From positions 1,356 through 65,355 of the forward strand of contig JARLIE010000183.1 of the NCBI GenBank assembly GCA_031291875.1: a stretch of 64,000 bases of DNA. The letters are read 5' to 3'. The DNA comes from Minisyncoccota bacterium (GTDB lineage: Bacteria > Patescibacteriota > Minisyncoccia > Phycocordibacterales > UBA2100). Below the pieces are notes generated by a model. It was not told the origin of the DNA. It worked only from the letters and a program-made list of their open reading frames with translations, and did no database searches. A program made the position numbers and the translations under genes. Positions within the stretch are counted from its first letter, which is position 1. Every line of letters starts with the position of its first letter. Positions 10,529-20,257 of the stretch are shown here, one piece after another.

Positions 10529-10567
10529 AGAGGGGCGGGAAATACCGCCTCGAGTAGCAGGTACAAC

Positions 10568-11101
10568 TTACTGCTCCACGAGTTCGGCGAAGCGCTTTTT
10601 TACCTTTTCTATCTTTGGCTCAATAATGAGCTGGCAATACGGCGCGTTGGTGTTGGTTTTGAAATAATCCTGGTGATACTCTTCAGCCTTGTAGAAGTGT
10701 TCGAGTGGAATGACCTGGGTCACGACGCGAGTGTCGTCGTTGAGTGATTCATTCACTTCTTTGATGAGTTTCTGAGCAACCGCTTTCTCTTCTTCGCTCT
10801 GATATAGAATAACCGAGCGATATTGTTCGCCGACGTCGGGCCCCTGTCGATTGGGAGTCGTCGGGTCGTGCGAGCCGAAAAAAACCGTTAGCAAATCTTC
10901 GTACGAAATAATCGAAGGGTCATATGTGACGCGGATAACCTCAGCGTGTCCCGTGGTACCGTTCGAAACCTGCTCGTACGAAGGGTTCTCTTTGGCGCCG
11001 CCAGCGTAACCCGATTCGACTTTCGAGACACCCTTGAGCATTTCAAAGACGGCCTCGGTGCACCAAAAGCATCCTCCTCCGAATACTGCCGTTTTTTCCA
11101 T
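10568..11101 (-). CDS. msrA: Peptide-methionine (S)-S-oxide reductase
   Basis: GGCFWC, TTGHAE, HDPT, QYRS, AEEYHQDY. Confidence 0.97.
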   Translation of the reverse strand: MEKTAVFGGGCFWCTEAVFEMLKGVSKVESGYAGGAKENPSYEQVSNGTTGHAEVIRVTYDPSIISYEDLLTVFFGSHDPTTPNRQGPDVGEQYRSVILYQSEEEKAVAQKLIKEVNESLNDDTRVVTQVIPLEHFYKAEEYHQDYFKTNTNAPYCQLIIEPKIEKVKKRFAELVEQ

Positions 11102-11202
11102 AAGAAGTACTCTAGCACGATCTCGTGCGCCGCTTGTAAGAAACCACAGTCTCGAGGTGTAGTATGAGCGTACTTCATCTACTCACACTCATTTCATACT
11201 TC

Positions 11203-13023
11203 ATGCGCCCAAAAATTTCCGCTTATTGGCTAAGAAGCAAGCAATTCGTGCGTGCTCACAAAATTTGGAGCGCCGTCATCACCGTATGCGTCCTTGGCGG
11301 AGGATGGTTTATATACGGCAAAGTACAAGCCTCCACAACACCCACGCAGTACGTACTCTCAAACGTACAGACAGGCACAATCATTCAAACGGTCTCGGGT
11401 TCCGGACAAGTGACCCCGTCGAACCAAATAACGATCAATCCGCAAGCCTCGGGACAAATAACTCAGGTTTATGTAAAAGACGGACAGCAGGTGCGAGCCG
11501 GACAAGCAATTGCCTCTATTGATTCCACCAGCGAGTACAACTCCGTCCAAAGCGCGAAAGCCTCGCTCCAGAGCGCACAACTTTCATTGCAAAAGCTGCA
11601 AGAACCGCCGACCCAGCTTCAGCTCACGCAAGCGCAAGATGCCATAACGAAAGCGCAGCAAAGCCTCCAAACGGACCAGACGAATTTGGATAACGCCTAC
11701 GGCACCGCTTATAGCGATATTGTTTCAACATTTCTGGATCTCCCGACCATCCAGAGTCAGTTGCAAGACGTCGATACAGGTACCGAAGCGGCGCACGGCG
11801 CGCAGTGGAACATCGACTTCTACCAGGGCGTGCTCGAGAATTGGGATTCGACTGATGCGATCTCCTACCGCACTACGGCATATACCGATTTCATGACCGC
11901 GCAGAGCGCGTACAATAGTACCTACCCGGATTTCCAAAAGACGAACGCGCAATCCGCGACCTCAAGCATCGTTTCCCTTCTCAAAGAAACGTACTCCAGC
12001 GTACAAGAGGAGCAAACAGCCCTCAACAGCGCGAATTCCTTCATTCAATTCTATATAAACCAGGTCAATAACCATCAACAAAACCCCGTCAGTGAAGCAA
12101 ATACTTCGCTCACCACGCTCTCGTCGGATATCACCAAGATCAATTCGCACTTGAGTGCCCTTCAAAACGACAAAAATCAGATCATCTCCTACCAGCAAGC
12201 GATCGTAAATGATCAGAATTCGATTACTGAAGACCAGCAATCATTGCAACAGCTTCAGAAGGGCGCGGACCAGCTCGATATTCAGTCCAGCCAGCTTTCA
12301 ATTCAACAGCAGGAAAACGCGCTTGCGCAAGCCGAGCAGCAGCTCGCGAATTACACCATCACAGCCCCGATTTCGGGGACGATTGCCAATCTTGCTCTTG
12401 CAATTGGAGACACGGTCGGGAGCGGAACCAACGCCGCGACGCTTATCACCAACGAACAGATTGCGGAACTTTCGCTCAACGAAGTCGACGCCGCCAAGGT
12501 GCAGGTGGGGCAAAACGCGACGCTTACATTCGACGCAATTCCAAACCTTTCCTTGAGCGGTACTGTTATCGATGTTTCTCCGCTTGGTACCGTTTCGCAG
12601 GGTGTCGTTTCGTACGAAGTGAAAATCGGATTCACTACGCAAGACGCTCGTGTGCGCGCCGGCATGACGGTGAACGCGAACATTCAAAGTGCCGTACATT
12701 CCAATGTGCTCGAAGTCCCGGCGAGCGCGATCCACACCACCAACGGCCAAAGCTACGTGCTCGCATTCAATCCCGCGCTCCCCGCAAACACTTCGAGTCC
12801 GGTCACCAGTTCGCAAACTCCCCAACCGATTCCCGTCACGATTGGTATCTCCGACAACACAAATACCGAAATCGATTCCGGTCTCACCGCAGGACAACAG
12901 ATCGTCTCGCGCACGATCGGGGGCAGCACCGCGACTGCCGCTTCCGCAGCAACAACCCGAGGAATCGGTGGCGGCGGAGGCGGCATGTTTATCGGAGGCT
13001 CCACAAGGGCGATCGGCGGTTGA
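11203..13023 (+). CDS. MacA-like membrane fusion/adaptor protein with very long coiled coil
   Basis: N-terminal TM, lipoyl half-motifs (VKDGQQVRAGQAI; ITAPISGTI), RAGMTVNANI, GLTAGQQIV. Start moved from 11164 to ATG 11203. Confidence 0.88.
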   Translation: MRPKISAYWLRSKQFVRAHKIWSAVITVCVLGGGWFIYGKVQASTTPTQYVLSNVQTGTIIQTVSGSGQVTPSNQITINPQASGQITQVYVKDGQQVRAGQAIASIDSTSEYNSVQSAKASLQSAQLSLQKLQEPPTQLQLTQAQDAITKAQQSLQTDQTNLDNAYGTAYSDIVSTFLDLPTIQSQLQDVDTGTEAAHGAQWNIDFYQGVLENWDSTDAISYRTTAYTDFMTAQSAYNSTYPDFQKTNAQSATSSIVSLLKETYSSVQEEQTALNSANSFIQFYINQVNNHQQNPVSEANTSLTTLSSDITKINSHLSALQNDKNQIISYQQAIVNDQNSITEDQQSLQQLQKGADQLDIQSSQLSIQQQENALAQAEQQLANYTITAPISGTIANLALAIGDTVGSGTNAATLITNEQIAELSLNEVDAAKVQVGQNATLTFDAIPNLSLSGTVIDVSPLGTVSQGVVSYEVKIGFTTQDARVRAGMTVNANIQSAVHSNVLEVPASAIHTTNGQSYVLAFNPALPANTSSPVTSSQTPQPIPVTIGISDNTNTEIDSGLTAGQQIVSRTIGGSTATAASAATTRGIGGGGGGMFIGGSTRAIGG

Positions 13024-13040
13024 GCTATTAAACAATCGCC

Positions 13041-13766
13041 ATGATCGAAGTAAAAAACATCACCAAAACGTATGGAGCCGGTGACACGGCATTCCAAGCG
13101 CTCAAAGGCGTGACCTTTACCGTGAAGGACGGCGAGTTTGTGGCGATCATGGGCCCTTCCGGCTCCGGCAAGTCGACGCTCATGCATATCCTCGGCTGCC
13201 TCGATACGCCGAGTTCGGGCGAATATTTTCTCGACGGTAAAGACGTATCAAAGCTCAGTGACGAAGAACTCGCCGATATTCGCAAGCAAAAAATCGGGTT
13301 CGTTTTCCAATCATTCAATCTTCTTCCGCGCACGACGGTATTGCGCAATGTCATGCTTCCGCTCGTGTACGCGGGCGTCGGTGAAGAGGAGCGCAAACGC
13401 AGAGCCGGAGTCGCGCTCACGTCTGCAGGCTTGCCCGAATCGCACTTTCTCCACAAATCAAACGAGCTTTCCGGAGGACAAATTCAACGCGTCGCAATCG
13501 CTCGCGCCCTCGTCAACGACCCTTCCCTTATCCTCGCCGACGAACCAACGGGCAACCTCGACACTCGCACCGGCGAAATCGTGCTCGGCACGTTTCAAAA
13601 GCTCAACGAAGAACACGGACGCACAATCGTATTGATTACCCACGAACCCGACGTTGCCGAACACGCGCAGCGTATCATCACTATCCGCGACGGTCTGATT
13701 GTTTCTGATGCCAAAGCGCACGCGCAACGATCAGCGAAGCACCACGTCGAACCTCTTACCAGCTAA
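13041..13766 (+). CDS. ABC transporter ATP-binding protein (MacB/LolD family)
   Basis: [46 protein letters not shown]. Confidence 0.96.
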   Translation: MIEVKNITKTYGAGDTAFQALKGVTFTVKDGEFVAIMGPSGSGKSTLMHILGCLDTPSSGEYFLDGKDVSKLSDEELADIRKQKIGFVFQSFNLLPRTTVLRNVMLPLVYAGVGEEERKRRAGVALTSAGLPESHFLHKSNELSGGQIQRVAIARALVNDPSLILADEPTGNLDTRTGEIVLGTFQKLNEEHGRTIVLITHEPDVAEHAQRIITIRDGLIVSDAKAHAQRSAKHHVEPLTS

Positions 13767-13767
13767 T

Positions 13768-14991
13768 ATGACTCTTAAAGATACTTTGGAGGAAACATAT
13801 ACCGCACTTTCGGCCAATAAGGTTCGTAGCGGTCTTACCATCTTGGGTATCGTCATCGGTATTTCCTCCGTAATTACGCTTGTTTCGATCGGCCAAGGTG
13901 CCACGGCGTCGATCCAGAGTTCGATTCAATCACTTGGTTCCAACCTGCTGCTGGTCACGCCGGGAGCATCAAAAACAGTCGGTTTCGGTGTTGCAACGGC
14001 TCGAGGTAGCGCTCAAACCCTCACAAATGCCGACGCGAACGCAATCGCATCGCAAGTGCAGAATGTCGCCGCAGTCGCACAAGAATCTCAAGGACGCTAC
14101 CAAATTGCGGGTGTGGGCACCAACACCAACACCTCTGTCGACGGCGTAACTTCCTCGTACGCGAGCGTTCGAAACGTACAAGTTGGCGACGGTACGTTCA
14201 TTACCGACGAACAAAACACCGAGCTCGCAAAAGTTGCGGTACTCGGACCTACCGTTGTTTCTGATCTTATCGCCTCGGGTACGGAGCCGGTCGGTCAGAC
14301 GATACGCATCAACGGACAGCAATTTACGGTCGTCGGCGTCACCCTTTCCAAAGGTGCCTCCGGTGCGGGCAGCCAGGACGACACGATTTATATTCCGCTT
14401 TCGACCGAGCAGTTGTACCTTGCGGGAAATCAGTACCTGACAGCGATCGACGTACAGGCGGCGAGCGCAGACACCATGACGCAGGCGCAAAACGATGTCA
14501 CCGACCTCCTGCTGCAGCGCCACAATATTTCCAATCCAAGCAACGCCGATTTCAGTGTGCTCAACCAAGCAGATATCCTCGCGAGCGCCTCCTCTATTAC
14601 CGGCACGCTCACGTACCTGCTCGGCGCGATCGCCGGTATCTCGCTTCTTGTCGGCGGCATCGGTATCATGAACATGATGCTCACCACGGTGACGGAACGC
14701 ACCCGTGAAATCGGTCTGCGCAAAGCAATCGGCGCAAAACAGGCAGACATCAGCATGCAATTTCTCGTCGAAGCTGTGACACTCACCCTTATCGGCGGCG
14801 TCACCGGCATCATCCTCGGCCTTGCATTATCCTTCGGAGTCAATGCGACGGGAATCGTCCATACAAGCGTTTCGTGGTCAGCGATTTTGCTTGCGTTCGG
14901 TGTTTCCGCCGCGATCGGTATAGCCTTCGGTTGGTATCCTGCCAGAAGGGCGGCGAGCCTCAATCCAATAGAGGCGCTGCGCTATGAATAA
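13768..14991 (+). CDS. ABC transporter permease (MacB/FtsX family)
   Basis: NKVRSGLTILGIVIGI, GGIGIMNMML..VTERTREIGLRKAIGA, LNPIEALRYE; ATG 1 nt after the ATPase stop. Confidence 0.95.
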   Translation: MTLKDTLEETYTALSANKVRSGLTILGIVIGISSVITLVSIGQGATASIQSSIQSLGSNLLLVTPGASKTVGFGVATARGSAQTLTNADANAIASQVQNVAAVAQESQGRYQIAGVGTNTNTSVDGVTSSYASVRNVQVGDGTFITDEQNTELAKVAVLGPTVVSDLIASGTEPVGQTIRINGQQFTVVGVTLSKGASGAGSQDDTIYIPLSTEQLYLAGNQYLTAIDVQAASADTMTQAQNDVTDLLLQRHNISNPSNADFSVLNQADILASASSITGTLTYLLGAIAGISLLVGGIGIMNMMLTTVTERTREIGLRKAIGAKQADISMQFLVEAVTLTLIGGVTGIILGLALSFGVNATGIVHTSVSWSAILLAFGVSAAIGIAFGWYPARRAASLNPIEALRYE

Positions 14992-15020
14992 TTACCACTA
15001 ATAGAATTAACCCTAGTACT

Positions 15021-15476
15021 ATGAAGAAAATTTGGATCGCAACACTGGCTTCGGCCGTTATATTCGGAGGAATCGGCTACTACGTCGGCTCAACGAGCAC
15101 TACAGGTCAGGCAACCACTGTATCAGGCGCCGGAAAGACGTTTGTCACGCGCGGCGCGTACGGAGGCGGGGCGGGAGTAGGTGCAACCATCGGCACAGTG
15201 ATTCAAACTGGAAGCGGCACTTTCACGATCCAACTGCCTGCATCCACCTCGAGCACAGCGACTACGGGCACAAAACTCGTTCTTGTCGATAATTCGACGC
15301 AAGTCCAAGAACTCCAAAGCGTGCCCACGTCGAATATCCAGACCGGCCAAATGGTTACGGTTGCTGGCATCACCAATAGCGACGGCTCGATTACCGCATC
15401 CAATGTCATGATTCGCCCGAGTACGAGCCGAAACGGAGCTGGTGCTTCGGCGGGAGCACAAATCAGCACACAGTAA
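15021..15476 (+). CDS. Membrane-anchored OB-fold-like protein (DUF5666-like) at end of MacAB-like operon
   Basis: N-terminal TM; GQMVTVAGITNSDGSITASNV motif. Confidence 0.7.
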   Translation: MKKIWIATLASAVIFGGIGYYVGSTSTTGQATTVSGAGKTFVTRGAYGGGAGVGATIGTVIQTGSGTFTIQLPASTSSTATTGTKLVLVDNSTQVQELQSVPTSNIQTGQMVTVAGITNSDGSITASNVMIRPSTSRNGAGASAGAQISTQ

Positions 15477-15484
15477 CGGCACAC

Positions 15485-15518
15485 AAAGCCGCGACGAAAA
15501 TAGTCTCGTCGCGGCTTT
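15485..15518. terminator. Bidirectional terminator
   Basis: AAAGCCGCGACGA-N8-TCGTCGCGGCTTT between convergent genes. Confidence 0.7.
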
Positions 15519-15559
15519 CGTTTTGCCAAATCGTTGCAGATGCCCAAACGAGCACTGGT

Positions 15560-17038
15560 TTACTCTGTTGATTTCGGACGAAGCAAGGGGAATATTTGCG
15601 CCAGGTGCGTCGGCTTATTTTCAAGAAACGCGAAGACGCGCTCCGACATGCCAAAACCGAAGCTCGGCGGCATGCCGTATTCCATCGCTTTCACATAATC
15701 GAGATCTAGCCGTTGCGCCTCTGCGTCTCCGGCATCGCGCAAACGCTGCTGCTCTTCAAATCGTTCGCGCTGATCGATCGGATCATTGAGCTCGCTAAAG
15801 CCTTTGCCGAGCTCAGAGCCAGCGATGACAATCTGCAGGCGCTCGACGGTACGAGGGTCGCCCGAAAACTTCTTCGCGAGCGGCTCAAGATACACAGGAA
15901 TACCGACGAGAAATGCCGGACCGGATATAGTTTTGCGAATCGATTTCCACAAATGATCAATCGCCCGCGGCAAGTTGAGTTCTTCACCGACCTCAAGCTT
16001 CGCGTCACGAACAGCTTGGATCGCCTCTTCCTCAGTGCATGTCAGAGGATCTATACCGAATTTTTCTTGTATCACTGAGCAAAGGTTGATCACCTGCCAT
16101 TCCTCAGCCAGATCGACGGTATGCGCTCCAATTTCAAAGGTGTATTTGCCATACACCTCCTTAGCGATGTGGCGAAACAGCGCCTTTAGGAAATCGCCGC
16201 CTTCCTTGAGCGAACTAAACGCTTCGTAGCTTTCGAGCTGGGTATAGTCTTGGAGGTGTTCGCGCGACTGACCCTCGTTGCGGAAAATACGGCCGATCTC
16301 GAATACCTTTGGGAAACCTGCGACCAGGAGTCGCTTGAGCCAGAGTTCGAGCGAAATGCGCAGCGACACATCGATGTCGAGCGCGTTGTGGTGCGTAAGA
16401 AACGGCCGCGCGTCGGCCCCTCCCGGTGAGGTTTCAAGCACCGGCGTTTCTACTTCAAGGAATCCTCGCGCGAGGTAGAACTCACGGATTGCCTGCCAAA
16501 ATTTGGTGCGACGTTCGATCATCGCTCGCGTCTCTGGATTGACCAAGATGTCGAGGTAGCGTTCACGCAAAATCTTTTCTTCGTCTTTAAGGCCGAACCA
16601 TTCATCAGGGATCGGCAAAAGCGACTTCGCGAGCATTTTCCAGCCAGAAACTTTGAGCGATTTCTCGCCGCGTTTGGTTTTGTACGCGACGCCAGAAACC
16701 TCGACGAAATCGCCCATATCAACGGCGCTCGCAAACAGATCAAACCCGTCCAAGGTCTCCCCTTGCGGTGCTATGTTGTCGTCTTTTTGCAGGACTACTT
16801 GTGTTCTTCCAGTACCGTCAAAAAGGTCCGCAAATGCAATACCGCCTTGTCCACGCATCGCCATGACGCGGCCCGCCAAAACGACAGTGGCTGCACCATG
16901 TTCCAGTTGTTCAAAGTCGGCAATAAAGCCGCCGATCGCCATATCGCGCTGCGACTGTGCCGGATACGGGTCGATGCCGGCCGCTTTCAAAAGCTCAAGT
17001 TTCTTGAGCCTATCCGCGCGGATATCTGCTTCGCTCAT
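15560..17038 (-). CDS. lysS: Lysine--tRNA ligase (class II)
   Basis: OB anticodon domain, FLEVETPVL, GGADARPF, FRNEG, YGMPPSFGFGM. Start set at ATG 7 nt after TATAGT. Confidence 0.97.
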   Translation of the reverse strand: MSEADIRADRLKKLELLKAAGIDPYPAQSQRDMAIGGFIADFEQLEHGAATVVLAGRVMAMRGQGGIAFADLFDGTGRTQVVLQKDDNIAPQGETLDGFDLFASAVDMGDFVEVSGVAYKTKRGEKSLKVSGWKMLAKSLLPIPDEWFGLKDEEKILRERYLDILVNPETRAMIERRTKFWQAIREFYLARGFLEVETPVLETSPGGADARPFLTHHNALDIDVSLRISLELWLKRLLVAGFPKVFEIGRIFRNEGQSREHLQDYTQLESYEAFSSLKEGGDFLKALFRHIAKEVYGKYTFEIGAHTVDLAEEWQVINLCSVIQEKFGIDPLTCTEEEAIQAVRDAKLEVGEELNLPRAIDHLWKSIRKTISGPAFLVGIPVYLEPLAKKFSGDPRTVERLQIVIAGSELGKGFSELNDPIDQRERFEEQQRLRDAGDAEAQRLDLDYVKAMEYGMPPSFGFGMSERVFAFLENKPTHLAQIFPLLRPKSTE

Positions 17039-17074
17039 GCGCGCCACTATAGCATGTCCACCAATGCTTGAGGA

Positions 17075-17533
17075 TTACTGCTGCGACTGTACGACGCAGT
17101 TGTTGAACGTAGTTGTTCCGTTCTCCTCGATGAACGCACCGTTGCCTTTGCTCCAGAAAATGAATGTTTCTGCACCCGGTTTGCCCGTCGCGATTTGGGG
17201 ATTGCCATTGGAGTACCGCGCGCCGTCGGCGGAAAGCGTTTGCGCGAGCGTCATCTGACGACCGTCAGAAAGCACCAACTGAACGGAGTTGCCGGTCGTG
17301 GTTGCGGTCGATGCATTCAGATAGGTCGCATCGATTGTCTTGCCGGCGTCGCAGGAGTATTTTGCCTCAATACTTTGGCTCGTGGCGCCCGTTGTACTTG
17401 CGGTAGTTTGCGTTTGAGTCGTCGTCGGCGGGAGTGAGGAGGTGCCATTGGCTGCAAGAATGAGAAGCAGCACGATAATCACGAGGATAACAATGATGAT
17501 AAGCGCCCACATTCCCTTTCGTGAATTGTTCAT
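17075..17533 (-). CDS. MliC/PliC-family lysozyme inhibitor, membrane-anchored
   Basis: YSCD, SADGARY, FWSKG motifs and terminal Cys; N-terminal TM plus Thr-rich linker. Confidence 0.85.
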   Translation of the reverse strand: MNNSRKGMWALIIIVILVIIVLLLILAANGTSSLPPTTTQTQTTASTTGATSQSIEAKYSCDAGKTIDATYLNASTATTTGNSVQLVLSDGRQMTLAQTLSADGARYSNGNPQIATGKPGAETFIFWSKGNGAFIEENGTTTFNNCVVQSQQ

Positions 17534-17558
17534 AAGCGGCAGTATAGCACCGAAAGAT

Positions 17559-17981
17559 TCAGGATTTGTGAATAGTATTTACCGTCCGCAAGATGCGCTT
17601 GAGATGCGCGAGGTCGCGCTCGGGCAGCTTAGAAAAAACCTTTTTCATTGTTTTTTCGCCCTGCTTGCGGTAGTGCACCACCTCGCGTCGCCCATCGGCC
17701 GTCAGCGAAATGCGGACGATGCGCTTGTCCGAACCGGATGAGGTACGCTCGATCCAACCGAGTTCAAAGAGTTTGCGCATCAGCGATGTCGCGGACGGTG
17801 CGGTCACTTGGAGGTGCTTAGCGATTTCCCGCATGGTCGGCTGCTCGTGCTCGTCGATAAAACGAAGCGTTTCGCAACGCATCCAGGCATTCGGATCCGG
17901 TCGTCGCGGCAAATTTGCCCGGATCGTTTGCTTCGTTTCGAAGAATAGCGATGTGAGTTCCTGAAAGTTGTTTTTGCTCAT
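17559..17981 (-). CDS. MarR family transcriptional regulator
   Basis: wHTH EIAKHLQVTAPSATSLMRKL, DKRIVRISLTADG. Confidence 0.92.
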   Translation of the reverse strand: MSKNNFQELTSLFFETKQTIRANLPRRPDPNAWMRCETLRFIDEHEQPTMREIAKHLQVTAPSATSLMRKLFELGWIERTSSGSDKRIVRISLTADGRREVVHYRKQGEKTMKKVFSKLPERDLAHLKRILRTVNTIHKS

Positions 17982-17984
17982 ACG

Positions 17985-19463
17985 TTAGGCTTCAACATGT
18001 ACGTGCGCTGCTGCTGCGTCGCGGTTCGTACGCATAAGAAGGATGGGAAACGCCGAGAGGAACATGCAGGCTGCGCCGATGAGGAACACTTCCCCATAGG
18101 CCGCGATCTGGGCCTTGAGCTCGATAAGCGCGATTCCCTGTCTGATCACAGAAGGATCGGTGCTTCGAATCACGCTGCTTTGAGCGATTGTAAAGACGTT
18201 CTGATTCTCGGCATCCTGCAAAATGGTTCCGAAGATCGCGATGCCGAACGCACCACCGATATTGCGAAAGAGCGCGAGGATGCCTGAGGCGATACCAATC
18301 TCACTCGCTGGCACGAGCGAGGCGATGATGTTGGTGCGCTGCGCCATGCCGGAGCCCATGAAAAATGCCATGACGACCAGCGGCCATACGATTTCCCACG
18401 CGGTCGTTGTTGCCTGAAGATACGACAGGAAAAAGAAGCCGATCGCGGCGCCAGCGGTTGAAACGAAGATAACCCAACGAGGTTCGACCCTTTGATTGAA
18501 TCTTGAACCGATGGCCGCAGCGATCGGGATCGTGAGGCCCATCGGGATGAACAGGTAGCCGCTTTCCGTCGCGGTATAGCCGAGGAATGTTTGCGCGAAA
18601 ACGGGAATAAGGAAGATGCTTCCCATCATGCACATAAACATGAGGAAGTTATTGAAAAGCGCATTCACGAAATTGCCGATCTTGAAAAACTTGAAATCGA
18701 TAACAGGCTCTTTGTGGGTGCGTTCGACGTAGAAAAAGATGACGCCGAATACCGCCGTCACCGCGTAGCAGACGACGGCGTTGAGCGAAAGCCAGCCCCA
18801 GCTTTGCCCCTGGTCGAGCACCATTACGAGGGTCGCAAGTGCGACTCCGAGTGTCGCTGCTCCCCACCAGTCGAACTGTTTTGCCTGGCGTTCACCGATC
18901 GATTCATGCACGTACGCCATCGCCATCGCGAGGCCGACGAGACCAACCGGCACATTGATGAAGAACACCGAGCGCCAGCCGAAGGAGTCGATCAGCGGAC
19001 CACCAATCAGAGGACCGAAAACGGCCGCGGACGCGAATGCGCCCGACCAAATACCGAGCGCCATGGCGCGCTCCTTTGGCTCACGGAACGTGAGCGTGAG
19101 AATCGCCATCGCCGTCGGATAGTCCGCACTCGAAGCGATGGCTTGGATAATGCGAAACACGATCATCGACGTGAGGTTCCACGCAAGGCCAGCGAGCACC
19201 GAACCGACAATGAAGATGACGAAACCCCAGATATACACTTTTTTGCGACCCATCGTATCGCCGAGCTTGCCCCAAACGGGCACGAACACGGCGTTGGCGA
19301 TAATGTAGGCAGTCGCGATCCAAGAAGCATTCGTGACATTAATGTTGAAGTCATTGATCATCTTCGGCAGCGCGAGGTTGACCACTGTTTGGTCCAAGCG
19401 CCCCAAAAACGTTCCGACGATAACGGTAGTGAGTACGAGCCATTTGTTGATTCCTTCTTGCAT
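17985..19463 (-). CDS. MFS drug:H+ antiporter (DHA2/EmrB family)
   Basis: LDQTVVNLALP, GKLGDTMGRK, GPLIGG, WRSVFFINVPVG; about 14 TM segments. Confidence 0.93.
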   Translation of the reverse strand: MQEGINKWLVLTTVIVGTFLGRLDQTVVNLALPKMINDFNINVTNASWIATAYIIANAVFVPVWGKLGDTMGRKKVYIWGFVIFIVGSVLAGLAWNLTSMIVFRIIQAIASSADYPTAMAILTLTFREPKERAMALGIWSGAFASAAVFGPLIGGPLIDSFGWRSVFFINVPVGLVGLAMAMAYVHESIGERQAKQFDWWGAATLGVALATLVMVLDQGQSWGWLSLNAVVCYAVTAVFGVIFFYVERTHKEPVIDFKFFKIGNFVNALFNNFLMFMCMMGSIFLIPVFAQTFLGYTATESGYLFIPMGLTIPIAAAIGSRFNQRVEPRWVIFVSTAGAAIGFFFLSYLQATTTAWEIVWPLVVMAFFMGSGMAQRTNIIASLVPASEIGIASGILALFRNIGGAFGIAIFGTILQDAENQNVFTIAQSSVIRSTDPSVIRQGIALIELKAQIAAYGEVFLIGAACMFLSAFPILLMRTNRDAAAAHVHVEA

Positions 19464-19482
19464 GTTTTTGGTGTTTTGGTGG

Positions 19483-19599
19483 GAAGTTCTTTGCCGTATA
19501 AGCTTTTAGGTTCCCGTCCTCGCAGACCGCGTTCCTGCCAACCAGTTTGGGCCGGTGCCTGCTGCGAAGGAACTAAAAGCTTATACGGCAAAGAACTTC
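19483..19599. repeat. 117-nt hairpin with perfect 27-bp inverted arms
   Basis: GAAGTTCTTTGCCGTATAAGCTTTTAG (19483-19509) is the exact reverse complement of 19573-19599. Confidence 0.9.
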
Positions 19600-19623
19600 A
19601 ACTCACCTGAACCTTCAACTCAC

Positions 19624-20253
19624 CTACTGCGTGTAGATCCACATGCGCGCCGACATGCCGTTTTTGAGTTGCGGATACTCGGTCGTGTCGAATCGCGCCT
19701 TCACGTCGAAATCTTGCTCTTCGCGTTGGTTGGAAATGTTGAACACGACTTGCGATTGTTTCGATGTGGGCGAAACCTCGTCGATAACGCCGCTGAAGGT
19801 CTTGCCGCCGTAGGCGTCGACGGTAAAGGTAACCGGCTCACCAACCTTGATGCGATCGAGTCCTTCGTTTTCCTGCACCTGACCAACTACGCGCAATTGC
19901 GTAGGATCGATCATGGTGACAACCGGAGAACCGGCAGTAACTTGCGAGCCGATCTGGTTGGGCACCGAAATGATCACGCCAGCGACTTGTGTCTGAATCA
20001 ATTCGTTGCCGACCTGGGCGACCGTAAAGTTGGCCGGAACCTCGTCTCCCTCCTTTACGTACACGTTTTGTAAGATCCCCGGCTGAGACGGCGAGAGTGC
20101 GATCTCCGGTGCAGTAATAGACGCCTGATCAACATATACCTGCTGCGATTGGATCCAGAGGTAAATGCCGGTGCCAGTGAGGCCAGCGATTACGGCGACG
20201 ATGAGGCCGGTAATGATCCAGGTGCGACGCGAATGATGTTTGTGTTCTGCCAT
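19624..20253 (-). CDS. EmrA/HlyD-family adaptor (short)
   Basis: N-terminal TM, VKEGDEV lipoyl motif, LKNGMSARMWI. Confidence 0.85.
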   Translation of the reverse strand: MAEHKHHSRRTWIITGLIVAVIAGLTGTGIYLWIQSQQVYVDQASITAPEIALSPSQPGILQNVYVKEGDEVPANFTVAQVGNELIQTQVAGVIISVPNQIGSQVTAGSPVVTMIDPTQLRVVGQVQENEGLDRIKVGEPVTFTVDAYGGKTFSGVIDEVSPTSKQSQVVFNISNQREEQDFDVKARFDTTEYPQLKNGMSARMWIYTQ

Positions 20254-20257
20254 ACGA

